Below, piece by piece: positions 61,898 through 64,000 of a stretch of 64,000 nt of DNA. Each line of letters starts with the position of its first letter. The stretch's first letter is position 1. The notes beneath the pieces were generated by a model. It searched no databases. It had not been told where the DNA came from and worked only from the letters and a program-made list of their open reading frames with translations. Both the position numbers and the translations under genes were made by a program. The DNA is from Octopus sinensis. Its lineage: Eukaryota. The stretch spans positions 86,986,001 to 87,050,000 of the forward strand of contig NC_043003.1 in NCBI RefSeq assembly GCF_006345805.1. The letters are read 5' to 3'.

Positions 61898-62275
61898 TGG
61901 AAGCACTCCGTCGGTTACGACGACGAGGGTTCCGGTTGATCCGATCAACGGAACAGCCTGCTCGTGAAATTAACGTGTAAGTGGCTGAGCACTCCACAGA
62001 CACGTGTACCCTTAACGTAGTTCTCGGGGATATTCAGCGTGACACAGAGAGTGACAAGGCCGGCCCTTTGAAATACAGGTACAACAGAAACAGGAAGTAA
62101 GAGTGAGAGAAAGTTGTGGTGAAAGAGTACAGCAGGGATCACCACCATCCCTGCCGGAGCCTCGTGGAGCTTTTAGGTGTTTTCGCTCAATAAACACTCA
62201 CAACGCCCGGTCTGGGAATCGAAACCGCGATCCTACGACCGCGAGTCCGCTGCCCTAACCACTGGGCCATTGCGC

Positions 62276-62277
<2 letters not shown>
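61898..62277 (-). mobile_element. SINE D, full length
   Basis: Reverse complement of 32308-32690. Confidence 0.9.
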
Positions 62278-62325
<48 letters not shown>

Positions 62326-62631
62326 TTGTTATTTCTTTATTGCCCACAAGGGGCTAAACATAGAGAGGACAAACAAGGACAGACAAACGGATTAAGTCGA
62401 TTACATAGAACCCAGTGCGTAACTGGTACTTAATTTATCGACCCCGAAAGGATGGAAGGCAAAGTCGACTTCGGTGGAATTTGAACTCAGAACGTAGCGG
62501 CAGACGAAATACGGGTACGCATTTCGCCCGACGTGCTAACGTTTCTGCCAGCTCGCCACCTTAGTATGTATATTTGTATTAATGTGTGTATGTGTGTGTG
62601 TGTGTGAGTGTATATATACACACACACACAC

Positions 62632-62672
<41 letters not shown>

Positions 62673-63201
62673 CACACATGTACATCACGCATTTTATCAA
62701 ATACCACAGAAGACATTGGTTGACCTGGGGTCACAGTAAAAGACACTCGCCAAAGATTCCACACAGTCAGAATGAAGCCACAACCACGTGTTTGTAACAG
62801 TATGTTGGAGTGTATTGTCTAGTATATACTGTCCTTCTAGAAGACGATAAGGTTTAATAAGAGGGAGGTTTTACTGCTGCATCTAACCTGTCAAGTGATC
62901 ACGTTGAAGCAAACCCCCACCTCATTGGCTCAGAGAAATCCTTGTTATTAAGGACAGTGTAATTGCGGAGCTGGTGGAGTGGTGGATAAAATAGCTTGCA
63001 GAATGTGTTTCAGGTCTTTACGTTCTGAGTTCAAATACTACCAAAGTCATCCTTCTGGGATCGATTACAGAAACTGTCCAGTGCTGGAATCCGTTTAGAT
63101 TGATTAACCTAAATTTTTAAATTACCCCAAATTTTTGGCTTTATGCCTATGATAGAAGCAATGATTAAAGGTGGAGATTAAACGTGTAAGATTAATATAT
63201 A

Positions 63202-63428
63202 TTTCTTTACTGCCCTCAAGGGGCTAAACATAGAGGGGGACAAACAAAGGCAGACAAAGGGATTAAGTCGATTACATCGACCTAGTGCGAAACTGGTACT
63301 TTATTTATCGACCCCGAGAGGATGAAAGGCAAAGTCGACCTCGGCAGAATTTGAACTCAGAACGTAACGGCAGACGAAATACGGCTACGCATTTCGCCCG
63401 GTGTGCTAACGATTCTGCCAGCTCGCCT
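63202..63428 (-). mobile_element. SINE A (another minus copy at ~62330-62560)
   Basis: Consensus match; TSD TAAGATTAATATAT. Confidence 0.85.
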
Positions 63429-64000
63429 CCTTAAGATTAATATATTAAGATTAATATATAATGTAAGATTAATATATCTCGCAGCACTAAGGTGGCGAGC
63501 TGGCAGAGTTATTAACACACCAAACAGAATACTTAGCGGAATTTCGCCCGTCTTTACGTTCTGAGTTCAAATTCTTCCGAGGTTGACTTTGCCTTTCATC
63601 CTTTCGAGACCGATAAAATAAGTGTTGCCGAGATGACCAAACTTTGTGAGTGAAATTGAGTAGATGAAAACTATATAGAAACCTTTATATGGATTGCACA
63701 TGTTATTCAAAAAGATACCGCCTTGTAACACACAGTCATGCTGATTCCGCCTGAGAATTACATTACTGGTTTACATGTCTGTGGAATACTGAGTCACTCA
63801 CACGTTAATTCAAGAGTAGGTAATTTGGTTGATCAAACAGGTGAATCCTTCTCGTCGTCGAACGACGGAGATCCACCCCACCCCGCAAATATTTGCTACA
63901 AATGTTTCATAAACAATAACCAATTTCTAACCTGAAACGATTTTGTGCAATAGAGTCCAACAAGATCAGTAGTTTTCTTTCAGTTTAAAGAAATAAAATA

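Overview
AT-rich animal genomic DNA saturated with microsatellites and transposons. The SINE complement suggests an octopus or other coleoid cephalopod (inference, no database search was possible). There is no operon, CRISPR array, rRNA or true tRNA gene. Most ORFs in the track are artefacts of (TA)n/(CA)n/(GA)n repeats or SINEs. Recognisable content: four tRNA-derived SINE families (here called A-D, dozens of copies); a 5'-truncated CR1-type LINE with one nonsense codon, plus older and fragmentary copies; a rearranged RTE LINE; Tx1/L1-clade remnants; a Gypsy integrase scrap; a decayed mariner (DD34D); a decayed 2.85-kb Buster-type hAT; Merlin-like and piggyBac-like MITEs; two non-autonomous Helitrons; and one plausible host gene for a small single-pass membrane protein (23.3-23.9 kb). 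The most interesting signals are three. (1) A 4.9-kb array of 557-bp monomers, each carrying a type I hammerhead-ribozyme-like motif, which flips orientation mid-array (retrozyme/Penelope-like). (2) A second, dispersed family with a minimal hammerhead-like motif. (3) Two diverged ORF1-only Tx1/L1-like elements whose 3' tail is shared with the young SINE A subfamily. All folds and translations were done by eye. Ends of degenerate repeats are approximate (about 20 bp).
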